Positions 45,785 through 55,713 of a stretch of DNA of 64,000 bases are shown here, piece by piece. The notes under the pieces were generated by a model. That model saw only the letters and a list, made by a program, of their open reading frames with translations. It searched no databases and was not told the DNA's origin. The first letter of the stretch is position 1. The number at the start of each line of letters is the position of its first letter. The DNA comes from Candidatus Cloacimonadota bacterium (GTDB taxonomy: Bacteria; Cloacimonadota; Cloacimonadia; Cloacimonadales; Cloacimonadaceae): NCBI GenBank assembly GCA_018433885.1, contig JAHDQK010000042.1:31-64030 (forward strand), read 5' to 3'. The position numbers and the translations under genes were made by a program.

Positions 45785-47056
45785 TCAGGCGAAATAATGG
45801 GATAATGTGGAGATTATGTCCAGATGATCCTTCACGCCGGAGGTCTCCCGCACGGAGTGCATCGCCCACATCGGGTTTCCGATATCCACGGTGTGGATGC
45901 CCAGATTCGCGGCAACCACGGGTCCCACCGTGCTGCCACAAGGCATGTCGCTACGTACAAGGAATTCTTGATGGGCTACCTTGGCTTGTTCACATAGCTG
46001 GATAAAACGCAGGCTGCTATCCGAAGTGCTGGCATAACGCAGATTTGTGTTGCGTTTGATAACTGTACCCCGGTTCATTTTGGGGCTGTAGTCGGGATCA
46101 TACTTTTCCGGGTAGGAAGGGTGGTAAGCATGCGCCATATCGGCAGAAATCATGAACGAATTGCGCAAGGCGCGATAGAAATCCTCTCGGCTGCCCTTTC
46201 TACTTATCACTATTCGTTCCAAGAGCTCGGAAAGCAACGACGAAAATGCGCCTTGGGGACTTTGGCTGCCCACTTCCTCATGATCATAGAATACCGCGAT
46301 AGAGGTCTGTTTCGGCTTCTCAGAAGTGATTATTGCCTGTAAAATCGCGTGAGTCATCGCCAGATTATCCAGCCTGCCGCTGATAATCATATCCTGTTCG
46401 ATCCCCAAAAGCGAAGCCGCTTGCAGATCATACAGATACAGATCCATCTCGATGATGTCCTGTTCTTTTATCTTCAGTTCATTGGCTAAAAGGGCATTCA
46501 AGGGGTTGTCCGTGTGCGGATTAACGCCCAGGATGGCTTGTAAATGGTTCTGTTTGTTATATTCAAAGCCTTTGTTGATCTCCCGGTTCATGTGGATGGC
46601 AGCGTTGGGGATCACGGCGATGGGCTTGCGGATATCCACTATCCGGCTTTCGAAGCCCTTTTTGCCCTTGATGATAACTCTTCCGGAGATGCCAAGTTCA
46701 CGATCCAACCAGGTGTGGATGATGGGACCGCCATATACTTCCACTCCCACTCTGCATACATCCTGAACGCATTTCACGCTCTGGGGCTTTAGTTTCAGAC
46801 CAGGGCTGTCGATGTGGCTGGAAGCCATATTAAACCCGGTTTCAGCAATATTGCCGGTACCTATCACGAAGGCGATGATCGCCGTATCCATGCGGCGTAT
46901 GTAGTACTTGCCACCTTTGGTGAGCGCAAATTTATCCTGCTCTGCAATCTCGATAAATCCTGCCGCATCCAGTCGCGCTGAGATTTGCTGGCTGGCTGGG
47001 AATCGGGAGTTCCCATTATCAAGAAAGTTCAGAAAGTCTTTGATGTATTTATGCAT
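45785..47056 (-). CDS. M18-family (aspartyl) aminopeptidase
   Basis: The 423-aa ORF has SHIDSPGLKLKP, FYDHEEVGS, ISADMAHAYHP, and GIHTVDIGNPMWAMHS near the C-terminus. Confidence 0.85.
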   Translation of the reverse strand: MHKYIKDFLNFLDNGNSRFPASQQISARLDAAGFIEIAEQDKFALTKGGKYYIRRMDTAIIAFVIGTGNIAETGFNMASSHIDSPGLKLKPQSVKCVQDVCRVGVEVYGGPIIHTWLDRELGISGRVIIKGKKGFESRIVDIRKPIAVIPNAAIHMNREINKGFEYNKQNHLQAILGVNPHTDNPLNALLANELKIKEQDIIEMDLYLYDLQAASLLGIEQDMIISGRLDNLAMTHAILQAIITSEKPKQTSIAVFYDHEEVGSQSPQGAFSSLLSELLERIVISRKGSREDFYRALRNSFMISADMAHAYHPSYPEKYDPDYSPKMNRGTVIKRNTNLRYASTSDSSLRFIQLCEQAKVAHQEFLVRSDMPCGSTVGPVVAANLGIHTVDIGNPMWAMHSVRETSGVKDHLDIISTLSHYFA

Positions 47057-47110
47057 TTCTAACTCCGTAAGTTACTCGTATGATCCATTCTTTTTAGGTG
47101 CCGGGAAATG

Positions 47111-47752
47111 TCAAGGCAGATCCGGGATCTGCAATTCGGATACCCGCCAATAATCCCCGCCGAAGAAACTTGCCATATCGATCAATTGCCTGTCGCCGAT
47201 TCTTTTATAGATGAACACATCCGGTGCTCCAGCTGCCAGATACACCCTCCTCACCAGCTCCGTGCAATAAAGCTTGTCTGGGGTATCCAGATCAAAACCG
47301 TGGTCAAAAGGAAGCTTGCTAGCAAGCAACACCCGGCTCTCATGGGTGATCCGCTGCCGATTCACTCCGAAAGCGGGCTTTACGTGGAGCACCTCGTTAT
47401 CTTTCGCGTTTTTCACGAAACTTTGTAGAGGCTCCGAGCGAATGCCGTCCTCATCGGAGATCTGACCTGAGATGCTGTGGATAAGCTCCCAATTCCCCCC
47501 GTTTCTTACCAATACACCACAATGAGACATCCCTCTCCCTTCCGGGAAAGCACGGACGATCATGCTGGAAACAATGGAATTGCCCCGCCTTAACAAGATG
47601 TCCCCTTCCTCGAAAGCAAGGCTATCCACAAGGCAAAAAGAAGCTTCCACTTCTGATAAAGCAGAAGCTCTCCCCCCAAGGGAAGAGCTTGCTATCGTGA
47701 ATATGGCTAACGCGCCCAATAGAGCGGGAAAAAGCTTATTTCTGAAGGTCAT
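47111..47752 (-). CDS. YiiX-like permuted papain-fold (NlpC/P60 superfamily) protein
   Basis: A signal peptide is present. GDILLRRGNSIVSSMI....SHCGVLV and the downstream LYCTELV cysteine occur in the permuted order. Confidence 0.6.
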   Translation of the reverse strand: MTFRNKLFPALLGALAIFTIASSSLGGRASALSEVEASFCLVDSLAFEEGDILLRRGNSIVSSMIVRAFPEGRGMSHCGVLVRNGGNWELIHSISGQISDEDGIRSEPLQSFVKNAKDNEVLHVKPAFGVNRQRITHESRVLLASKLPFDHGFDLDTPDKLYCTELVRRVYLAAGAPDVFIYKRIGDRQLIDMASFFGGDYWRVSELQIPDLP

Positions 47753-48128
47753 TCTTCACAAAGTGAACCTTCCAATCTCCATCGATCTTGCGCATCTGTA
47801 GCTCGTGACTTTCTTTAGAATCAGGATTCGTGGTATCCCACTGTTCATATACTACCACAGCGTTGTCACCTTCCACCTTGGTCTCTATCACTTTGTACTT
47901 TGTGTTTTTCATCTCTGCGAGTTGTTGTTCGTCGGCATTTTCTGCAAACGATTGGATCAGCGATAGTAACTGCTGCCCTTCCTCGGTGGAGATTTCTTTA
48001 GCCGCTTCAAAATCTTGGTTCTCCAAAGCTTTGAAGAAGGCGTTGGCTGCTGTTTCCGGTTTGGGTTGGCAGGCTGAGAGCCCGATCAGTGCGACGAGGA
48101 TGACAAGCAATATGCTTAGCTTAGTCAT
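47736..48128 (-). CDS. Small lipoprotein (DUF4878-like)
   Basis: The start is taken at MTKLSILLVILVALIGLSAC (lipobox) with an AAGGAG RBS. ANAFFKALENQDFEAAKEIST resembles DUF4878. Confidence 0.5.
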   Translation of the reverse strand: MTKLSILLVILVALIGLSACQPKPETAANAFFKALENQDFEAAKEISTEEGQQLLSLIQSFAENADEQQLAEMKNTKYKVIETKVEGDNAVVVYEQWDTTNPDSKESHELQMRKIDGDWKVHFVKNDLQK

Positions 48129-48181
48129 GTGAACTCCTTTCTTTTTTGGTGAAGCCACAGTAATCCCCAAAGCAATATGTG

Positions 48182-50089
48182 TCAATCGTTTTCCCGCTTC
48201 TTCCTGCTTGGTTTTGCCTTTTTTGTGGCATCAAATCCACCCTTCTTACCAAAAGCCGGCTTGGAGGTCTTGCTGTAGTCCTTTTTCTTGCCTTCGTAAG
48301 GAGTCTTACTGTATTCTCTCTTCTTGCCTTCGTAAGGAGCTTTGCTATATTCTCTCTTCTTGCCTTCGTAAGGAGCTTTGCTATATTCTCTCTTCTTCCC
48401 TTCGTAAGGGGTCTTGCTGTATTCTCTATTCTTGCCTTCGTAAGGTGGTTTGCCGTCCCAAGATTGCTTGCGGGCTTTATCTCCTGCTGGGGCAACCGTA
48501 GCCAGCACTTTGTGCTCTTTGTAGGCTGTGAGGTTGAAGGATTTCAGAAGGTCTTGCTCGTAACGGGAATCCAGATCTACCAAGGAGTAATCTCCAAAAA
48601 TGTCGATTCTGCCTATTTCGATGCCCCTGCCCACACGCAAACTGTTTATATACTTCATTAGATCGCGCTTGGTGAGACCTTCGGAATGGCCTATGTTCAA
48701 GCGGAATGTGCTGAATGTATAGCCGCTCTTGTCCTTCTTCTCTTTCTTGGTTTCGTTCTGCGTCAGGTTATCCAAATCCGGAATATCCTTATAATAGTTC
48801 AGGAAACGATTAAACTCAACCGCCACAAAACGCTCGATCAGTTCCTCACGGGTCATCCAGCTCAGTTTCTTATATACATTGCCCATAAAGGATTGCATCT
48901 CTTCACCGTTTACTTCCACTTTTTCCACGGTGTCGATAAAATGGAAAAGCTGCTTCTCGCAGATCTCTCTGCCTCCGGGAACCTTCTGCCATACTATTGG
49001 ACGTCCCAGACGCTTCTCCACAGCCTTGAGGGCGCTGATCTCCTTGCTGTGCATGATGGTGATGGAGATCCCGCTCTTCCCCGCTCTACCGGTTCTTCCG
49101 GAGCGATGGATATAGACATCCGGATCCACTGGCACCTGATAGTTGATGATGTGGGTGAGGTCATCCACATCCAGACCACGGGCTGCAACGTCTGTGGCGA
49201 TCAATAGCGGGACAAAGCGGCTACGAAACCGGCTCATCACCAATTCCCGCTGGCCTTGGGAGAGATCCCCATGCAAAGCATCGGCGTTGTAACCATCCTG
49301 TTGCAGTTTGTCGGCGATCTCTTGCGTCTCTCTGCGAGTTTTACAAAACACGATCCCGTATATCTTGGGGCTCATATCCGCAATACGCTTCAACGCCAGA
49401 TACTTGTCTTTTGCTTGAACTTTATAGAAGAAGTGTTGAATGTTCTCTGCACCTTTGTTTTCGTTACCCACGCTAAGTCTTTCCGGTTCATGCATGAAGG
49501 TGGCAGCCAGCTGCTCGACGTCCTTGGGCATGGTAGCGGAGAACAGCATTGTCTGTCTGGATTCCGGGATATGGCCCATTATCTCAAATAGTTCATCCTT
49601 GAACCCCATGTTCAGCATTTCATCCGCTTCGTCCAGAACAAGGCGCGAAACATGATCCAATTTCAGCGCGCCCTGACGAATCATATCGTTGACTCTGCCG
49701 GGAGTTCCCACTACTATGTGGATACCGGTTCTCAGGCTTTCTTTTTGTCGCTGGATGGAAGCTCCGCCGTAGATGGCGGTGACGCGGATCCGGGTCATGT
49801 ATTTGGCGTAAGACTCCAAGTCCTTGGTGATCTGCATACAAAGTTCCCGGGTCGGGCACAAAATGATGCTTTGTACATTGCTATTTTCTATGTCTGTTCC
49901 TGCAAGTAGCGGAAAGCCGAAAGCTGCTGTTTTCCCAGTTCCTGTTTGTGCAAGGGCAACAAGATCCCGGGTGTTTTCCATCAACCATGGAATAACAAGA
50001 TCCTGGATCGGGGTTAAAGTTTCGTATCCGAGCTGGGTAGCGGCTCTGATGATGGGCTCCGGAAGGGTGATATCAGTGAATTTTGTCAA
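48182..50089 (-). CDS. DEAD-box RNA helicase (DeaD/CsdA-like) with DbpA-type RNA-binding domain and repetitive basic tail
   Basis: The 635-aa ORF has a Q-motif, AQTGTGKT, PTRELC, the DEAD box (VLDEADEM), SAT, HRSGRTGRAG, and a C-terminal repeat PYEGKKREYSK x5. Confidence 0.9.
   Translation of the reverse strand: MTKFTDITLPEPIIRAATQLGYETLTPIQDLVIPWLMENTRDLVALAQTGTGKTAAFGFPLLAGTDIENSNVQSIILCPTRELCMQITKDLESYAKYMTRIRVTAIYGGASIQRQKESLRTGIHIVVGTPGRVNDMIRQGALKLDHVSRLVLDEADEMLNMGFKDELFEIMGHIPESRQTMLFSATMPKDVEQLAATFMHEPERLSVGNENKGAENIQHFFYKVQAKDKYLALKRIADMSPKIYGIVFCKTRRETQEIADKLQQDGYNADALHGDLSQGQRELVMSRFRSRFVPLLIATDVAARGLDVDDLTHIINYQVPVDPDVYIHRSGRTGRAGKSGISITIMHSKEISALKAVEKRLGRPIVWQKVPGGREICEKQLFHFIDTVEKVEVNGEEMQSFMGNVYKKLSWMTREELIERFVAVEFNRFLNYYKDIPDLDNLTQNETKKEKKDKSGYTFSTFRLNIGHSEGLTKRDLMKYINSLRVGRGIEIGRIDIFGDYSLVDLDSRYEQDLLKSFNLTAYKEHKVLATVAPAGDKARKQSWDGKPPYEGKNREYSKTPYEGKKREYSKAPYEGKKREYSKAPYEGKKREYSKTPYEGKKKDYSKTSKPAFGKKGGFDATKKAKPSRKKREND
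48266..48445 (-). repeat. Five tandem 36-nt (12-codon) in-frame repeats in the helicase tail
   Basis: PYEGKNREYSKT / PYEGKKREYSKA x2 / PYEGKKREYSKT / PYEGKKKDYSKT. The two middle units are identical at the DNA level. Confidence 0.9.
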
Positions 50090-50334
50090 GTTTGAGGGTC
50101 CTTTATTGTTTTATATTCCGCCAACATTCCTAATGGGCTGATTTTGTAAAGAATTAGTTTTACGATCTCCCCCAGAGTGGCGTTTCTACATCCAGAACCC
50201 GGAAGACAAGCTGAAGTGTTATAGGTGTCTGATCGGTGAAGAACATACTAAGTAGCGGCTGGAAATGATGCACCGGATCTTAGGTAAAGCTACCCAAGAT
50301 ATATATTCAGAGGATGTTACGCTTCGGATTAGGT

Positions 50335-51018
50335 TTATATGCCCTTCATCACGAGGTGTTCCCACGGTTTTTTAAGGGTATAACTCATCACAATGCGTTG
50401 TTTGCCTCCCAAACCTTCCGGAACCAGATCTTTATATTCGTCCAAAACAAGGTACTTTGTGAAGATCAGATCGTGCATTGCCGCGGCTTCACTCACCATA
50501 CGGATTCCCTCTTCTACAAGAGCTTGATTGGTAAGCTCCATCAAGTTCGTGTTGCAGATGAGTTCGCTAACTTTTAGTTTGGAAGCGGCTTCCAGCATCT
50601 GGATCATCACGCTGATCTCCTCCGGGTTGCTGGTGAAGGGGCGGGACGTGTTTACCACCAATTGCAGGTGATATCTCCGCTTGTTGATGGGATCAAGAAA
50701 TCTACCAAGAGTTCGGCATCCGGCGGGATCCCCACCCACATCCAGAATCACTGTGCGCTGATAATCTTCGATAGCACCTAAAATCCGGGGAGAAATCATC
50801 GGCAAATCCGCATGAGAAAACTGCCCTTCGGGGGCGATCACTTCGATACCCTGTGTGGCGAACTCCTCCCGAACGTCCCGAGTTCTAAAATAGGGGTTTA
50901 CCACGTCCATATCAGCCAATGAAACCTCTTTCCCCTCCGCCTTTATACTGCGCGCCAGATGAATGCTGTATTCGCTTTTCCCACTGCCATATGCACCGAT
51001 TACTATGTATAGTTTCAT
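50335..51018 (-). CDS. P-loop NTPase of the MinD/CooC-like (SIMIBI) type, function unknown
   Basis: The 227-aa ORF has Walker A IVIGAYGSGKSEY at the extreme N-terminus and a DVGGD switch-like motif. It has a 4-nt overlap with the upstream HAD gene. Confidence 0.45.
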   Translation of the reverse strand: MKLYIVIGAYGSGKSEYSIHLARSIKAEGKEVSLADMDVVNPYFRTRDVREEFATQGIEVIAPEGQFSHADLPMISPRILGAIEDYQRTVILDVGGDPAGCRTLGRFLDPINKRRYHLQLVVNTSRPFTSNPEEISVMIQMLEAASKLKVSELICNTNLMELTNQALVEEGIRMVSEAAAMHDLIFTKYLVLDEYKDLVPEGLGGKQRIVMSYTLKKPWEHLVMKGI

Positions 51019-51686
51019 AAATCTTTCTTATACCTTTGGATTTCCCTTAGAATCTCCGAATAATCCATACAGAAGGCATCCGCCGCAGCCTTGATCTGCT
51101 CGTGTTGGCGAACGCTATCCCCATCGTATATCGCCAAGGCAAGCATCCCGGCTGCTTTAGCCGCTTGCACCCCACTGAGAGTATCTTCGATGGCAAGGCA
51201 ATCTCCCGGTTCCACATTCAAGCCCCGGGCACAGTGCAGGAAGAGATCGGGGAATGGCTTTCCCATCAGATGCATATCTCCTGAGCTGATGTGCTCAAAC
51301 ATATGCCAAACCATGTTGTTGCGTAGGGATTTTTCCGCCAGTTCATAAGAATTGCTGGTAGCCAGGCCCAGCTTGAGCCCAGCCCGGCTGATGCGCTCCA
51401 GGATATCCTGTGCCCCGTTTTTGAGAGGAACCGAGCTAGCGTAGTGCTCCGCCACCATGTTTGTCCAGGTCTGCATGATTTCTTCGGTGGATTCATTTAA
51501 GCCAAAGCGTTCTTTGAAATAGCTCGCCGTCTGGATAAAACTATTGCCTTGAGGGAGATGATCAAAGAGGTCTTCGGGCACGGCTATACCCCGGGAGGTG
51601 AGGAACTCTTCGTCCACCATCCGCCACAAACCCATGGAGTCTATCAGGGTGCCGTCAAGATCGAATATTATCGCTTTTATCGTCAT
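51015..51686 (-). CDS. HAD-superfamily hydrolase (beta-phosphoglucomutase-like subfamily IA)
   Basis: The 223-aa ORF has motif I IIFDLDGTLIDS at residues 7-18, LATSNS, and GKPFPD...EDTLSG. Confidence 0.85.
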   Translation of the reverse strand: MTIKAIIFDLDGTLIDSMGLWRMVDEEFLTSRGIAVPEDLFDHLPQGNSFIQTASYFKERFGLNESTEEIMQTWTNMVAEHYASSVPLKNGAQDILERISRAGLKLGLATSNSYELAEKSLRNNMVWHMFEHISSGDMHLMGKPFPDLFLHCARGLNVEPGDCLAIEDTLSGVQAAKAAGMLALAIYDGDSVRQHEQIKAAADAFCMDYSEILREIQRYKKDL

Positions 51687-51693
51687 AAAAAAA

Positions 51694-51768
<75 letters not shown>

Positions 51769-51774
51769 TGAAAC

Positions 51775-51861
51775 TGGTACCAGAGGCCGGACTTGAACCG
51801 GCACGGGCTTGCACCCGAGGGATTTTAAGTCCCTTGTGTCTACCTGTTCCACCACTCCGGC
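51775..51861 (-). tRNA. tRNA-Leu(UAA), CCA encoded
   Basis: The minus strand reads GCCGGAGTGGTGGAACAGGTAGACAC..AGGGACTTAAAATCCCT..long variable arm..GCCGGTTCAAGTCCGGCCTCTGGTACCA. The acceptor stem has two G-U pairs. Confidence 0.85.
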
Positions 51862-51913
51862 ACGGACTAAGATACCCAGAGATACCTAATATATTAATGA
51901 GTTAGTATATGAT

Positions 51914-51987
<74 letters not shown>

Positions 51988-51996
51988 TCAAAAACC

Positions 51997-52071
<75 letters not shown>

Positions 52072-52167
52072 TCGCTATTGTGAAAAACCAAAAACTACGG
52101 GCGGGGATTTTTGTCAACATATTTCGCAGACAAATGGGCAAAACCCTTGCCTATTGTGATCCACCAT

Positions 52168-55100
52168 TTATTCAGCTTTCTGTTCGCCTCTCTCATCAGA
52201 CATCCCAAGTTCCTTTTTGGCAAGCCCGATGTTCTCCTCGAGATGGCTGCACCAAGGGTGATCCTTCCCATGGATTTCATGCAGGATATTCAGAGCATTG
52301 CAACATATCTCCAGCCCGCTATGAGGATCACCGGCGATGGTTTTTAGCTTGCCGATGCTGCTCAAACACAATGCCATCCAGGGATGTTTCTCACCCAGGC
52401 TTTCCTGCCAAGCTTCCCGCACTTCGAGCATCAGCTCCATAGCCTTTTCGTAATCCTCGTTATCAATGCAGACTTGCGCGATATTGAACTGAGTCAACAT
52501 GGTATCCGGATGCTTGGGTCCCAGGCCTTCCTTGCCCAGACGCAGCGACTTGTAGTTATACTCCATCCCTTCCTCGGTGAAACCCAGCTCCATATAGGTG
52601 CGGGCGGCATTGGCATACATGATGGATCTGGCAAGATAGTTCGCTTCCTGCATGGTTTCATATATCTGCATCGCACGATCGATATACACTTTAGCCTGTT
52701 CGTGCTTATTGATATCGCTATTTAGGGAAGCCAGATTTATCAGAGTGTTCGCCACCACTTCGTGAGAATCGCCAAAGTGATCTTCCCTTAGTTTCAGCGC
52801 TTTGTGATACACCTCCAAAGCCTTTTCGAAATCTGCTTTGGCTTGATAGCACTCGCCCATATTGCAATAACAGGTTGCGATGAAGTACACTTTGGCATCC
52901 TTGTTATTCTGCATGATATTCAACGCTCGTTGCAGATCCTCCAAAGCGCCATCATAATCCCCGATCCCTTTTTTGACACTGGCAATGTTGCCCAGACACG
53001 ATGATTGTGCCAGAGACTCTTCTCCCTCCGCGCTGATGTAGATTTTCTCCGCTTGTCGGAGATAACCCATGGCGAGATCGTATTTTCCAAAGCCATGAAA
53101 GAGCAGAGCTATCTCCATCAGATGATCTGCCACCTTCTTCTCTTCGCCTCCGATTTGTTTGAGGATTTCCACGGCTTTATTCAGATAGTTCAGGCTCTCT
53201 GTTTCCTGAAACAACTCCCGTGCCCAAGTACCTGCTAAAGCGTAGAAATGGGCAGATTCTTTGAGCTTACCCGCCTGTTCAAATTGTCTCGCGATTTCCG
53301 CATACTTACTGCAATCGTCCTTCCAATAATCCACCATGATTTCTGCGGCGATCCCATGTAGCTTCTGGAGGTGTTTTCTCAATTGCATACCATATACGGT
53401 ATCCCGCAGAAGACCGTGACTGAAGCTATAGCTAACCTCATTCAGCATGTTCCATAGCCGGATCTTGCATCCATTCTCCAGGATTTCGCACGGATTTGCC
53501 AATTCTCCGCTGAAGGCTTGAGAACGTTGCAATAGCTCTTGCAATACTTCCGCGGTGAATTCGTTGCCCAAAACACTGGCTGCTTGCACCGCTTCTTTCA
53601 TGCTTTTATCCAGACGGTCGATCCTGGCGGTCAGCATGGCGTTTATCCCAGAGGACAGCTTGATTCCGGTATCTTTGATATACATGAGACCGTCGATTGG
53701 TTCCAGCATATCGTTCACCACCAGATATTCGCAGATTTGCTCTACATGCAGCAGATTCCCCAATGTCCTTTCCTGCAAGCTCATTGCCAAAGATTCCGAA
53801 ACTCTGCACTTCAGCAAACGGGAGGCAAAATCCTTGATCTGCGCTACGTCCCACTGCCCCAAACGGATTGACTTAGCGGATTCAGTTCCGTCCAGAGTAT
53901 GAAGGCTACCGTCGTCGTTGTAGCGCGCACTGCATATTATCTGGATGTTATAGGTGCGTAGCACAACGAGCATCCGTTGCAGGATCAGCCGGGAATCATG
54001 ATCCAGCCATTGAATATCCTCTATCAACAGGATTGTGGGTTGATATAAAGCATAGAATCCAAACAAATTGATGATCGCATCACTGATCGCGGATGATTTT
54101 TGAGCCGGGCCGAGTTCCCGGAACAATGAGCCCTCCCAATCTAGGGAGATTAACCCCGCCAAGACCGATTCCATCCTGTTCAGTTCCTGAATCTGCCCCT
54201 CATCCAGATGCCCGGATATCTTCTGGACCATAGCCTGATACTTCCTTCGGAAGTTCTGTCGGCGTTGTTCTACTGAGCCGGATTTTAATCCATTAAACTG
54301 TTTTTTGATAAAAAACACAAAGGGATGAAGCGAACTTTTGAGGATTCCATCACACTGCAACGTAAACCGTTGACATCCTTTGGCAAAGAGGTTGCCGTAC
54401 TCATACAGCAATCTGCTTTTCCCCGTACCGGGATCCCCATACACATAGTTCAGGGTCAATCCAGTGTTCTTGCGGATGCCCGGTTTGCTCCGCAAGAGGC
54501 TTTTTATCTCCCGCTCCCTTCCCATAAAAGGGCTGAGATATTGGGAAGCGATATCCTCTCGAATACATTCGAACTTGAAGCACGGCACCGGTTTCGCAAA
54601 GCCCTTTATCGTCTGCAAACCCTTCTCGGAATACACCAAATTCACGCTCTGGACACTAATTAACGATTCCTCAAAACAGACCTCGCCCCAATCCCCCAAC
54701 ATCACCAGACGTGCGGCAAGATTCACGGATAATCCCATCGCGGTATATTCACAACCCAATGGGCTACCCACAAAACCCGCATAGGTAAGACCCATACTCA
54801 TACCGATACGGATTTGCTTACCATATCTGGTCTTGATCTCATTAACAAAGCGAAAGGAACGTTGCACGATATCCTCGTAGCCCTTGGGGGCACCAAACAG
54901 CACCAGAACCATCAGACCATGAGAGCTATTGAACACTTTATTCAGATACGCTCCGTACTTCCGGGTCAAACCAATCAAGCCCGAGAGTTCCTCCGCGTTC
55001 TGCTTTTTGAGATTGATAAACACCGATACAACTTCACGAAATTCACCCTCTACCCCATGGATAAGTTCCTGTGCCACAAATTCTTTCTGACTCAAACGGC

Positions 55101-55713
55101 ACTTGGGAAGCCTTCCCGGAGGTACAGGCTCTAATATCTCCCTGATATTGGAAACACCTGGGGCTTGTTCGCTGAGAACCAGCCTTTCCCGCTCCGACTT
55201 GGTAAGATTTCGGGTGGCTACCAAAATTTGATTGGATTCCGCAGATTCTTGCAAAACAATCGCATTGTGGATCGCTGCACCGCTGAACCAATATAGGTGA
55301 CGATGGGGATTGGGAAGTATCTGCCAACTCACGTTTCCGCGGGAAATTCCAATGCGGGAGGATAATATCGCCAAAGGACCGAATTTCAATAAGTCCCGAA
55401 TCCTGCCCGCGGCGCTGATACAATTGAGAGCCGTATCATCATCTGATATGGGAAAGATAGCAATGAAGGCATCCCCGGCAAACCGGCTTACAAAACCTCC
55501 GTGCTTCAGGATCGTTTCAAGCGCGGGGGAAAAAACGCTATTGATAATGTCTGAAAGCTGTTCTACTTTCCTAGATCCCTCTTTCATGAGGCTGCTGGAT
55601 AACAAACTAAAATCCCGAAGATCCACATGCATCACCCATGCCTTGAATTTTCCTGCATAATCTCCAGCACGGTCTTTTCTGAGGATAAACTCCGGCACCA
55701 TCCGTCTGATCAT
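52168..55713 (-). CDS. Tandem class III cyclase-homology domains, P-loop STAND-type ATPase, TPR repeat array
   Basis: 1181-aa ORF. CHD1 (about aa 25-190) has the metal aspartates (VMHVDLRDFS, FAGDAFIAIF) but lacks the NxxxR arginine. CHD2 (about aa 225-375) lacks both aspartates (VFINLKK, SSHGLMVLVLFG) but keeps VNLAARL. The Walker A is VYGDPGTGKSRLL (about aa 425). The C-terminal 450 aa or so are TPR-like (repeated A..Y..A....G....A...Y..AL patterns). Confidence 0.8.
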   Translation of the reverse strand: MIRRMVPEFILRKDRAGDYAGKFKAWVMHVDLRDFSLLSSSLMKEGSRKVEQLSDIINSVFSPALETILKHGGFVSRFAGDAFIAIFPISDDDTALNCISAAGRIRDLLKFGPLAILSSRIGISRGNVSWQILPNPHRHLYWFSGAAIHNAIVLQESAESNQILVATRNLTKSERERLVLSEQAPGVSNIREILEPVPPGRLPKCRLSQKEFVAQELIHGVEGEFREVVSVFINLKKQNAEELSGLIGLTRKYGAYLNKVFNSSHGLMVLVLFGAPKGYEDIVQRSFRFVNEIKTRYGKQIRIGMSMGLTYAGFVGSPLGCEYTAMGLSVNLAARLVMLGDWGEVCFEESLISVQSVNLVYSEKGLQTIKGFAKPVPCFKFECIREDIASQYLSPFMGREREIKSLLRSKPGIRKNTGLTLNYVYGDPGTGKSRLLYEYGNLFAKGCQRFTLQCDGILKSSLHPFVFFIKKQFNGLKSGSVEQRRQNFRRKYQAMVQKISGHLDEGQIQELNRMESVLAGLISLDWEGSLFRELGPAQKSSAISDAIINLFGFYALYQPTILLIEDIQWLDHDSRLILQRMLVVLRTYNIQIICSARYNDDGSLHTLDGTESAKSIRLGQWDVAQIKDFASRLLKCRVSESLAMSLQERTLGNLLHVEQICEYLVVNDMLEPIDGLMYIKDTGIKLSSGINAMLTARIDRLDKSMKEAVQAASVLGNEFTAEVLQELLQRSQAFSGELANPCEILENGCKIRLWNMLNEVSYSFSHGLLRDTVYGMQLRKHLQKLHGIAAEIMVDYWKDDCSKYAEIARQFEQAGKLKESAHFYALAGTWARELFQETESLNYLNKAVEILKQIGGEEKKVADHLMEIALLFHGFGKYDLAMGYLRQAEKIYISAEGEESLAQSSCLGNIASVKKGIGDYDGALEDLQRALNIMQNNKDAKVYFIATCYCNMGECYQAKADFEKALEVYHKALKLREDHFGDSHEVVANTLINLASLNSDINKHEQAKVYIDRAMQIYETMQEANYLARSIMYANAARTYMELGFTEEGMEYNYKSLRLGKEGLGPKHPDTMLTQFNIAQVCIDNEDYEKAMELMLEVREAWQESLGEKHPWMALCLSSIGKLKTIAGDPHSGLEICCNALNILHEIHGKDHPWCSHLEENIGLAKKELGMSDERGEQKAE

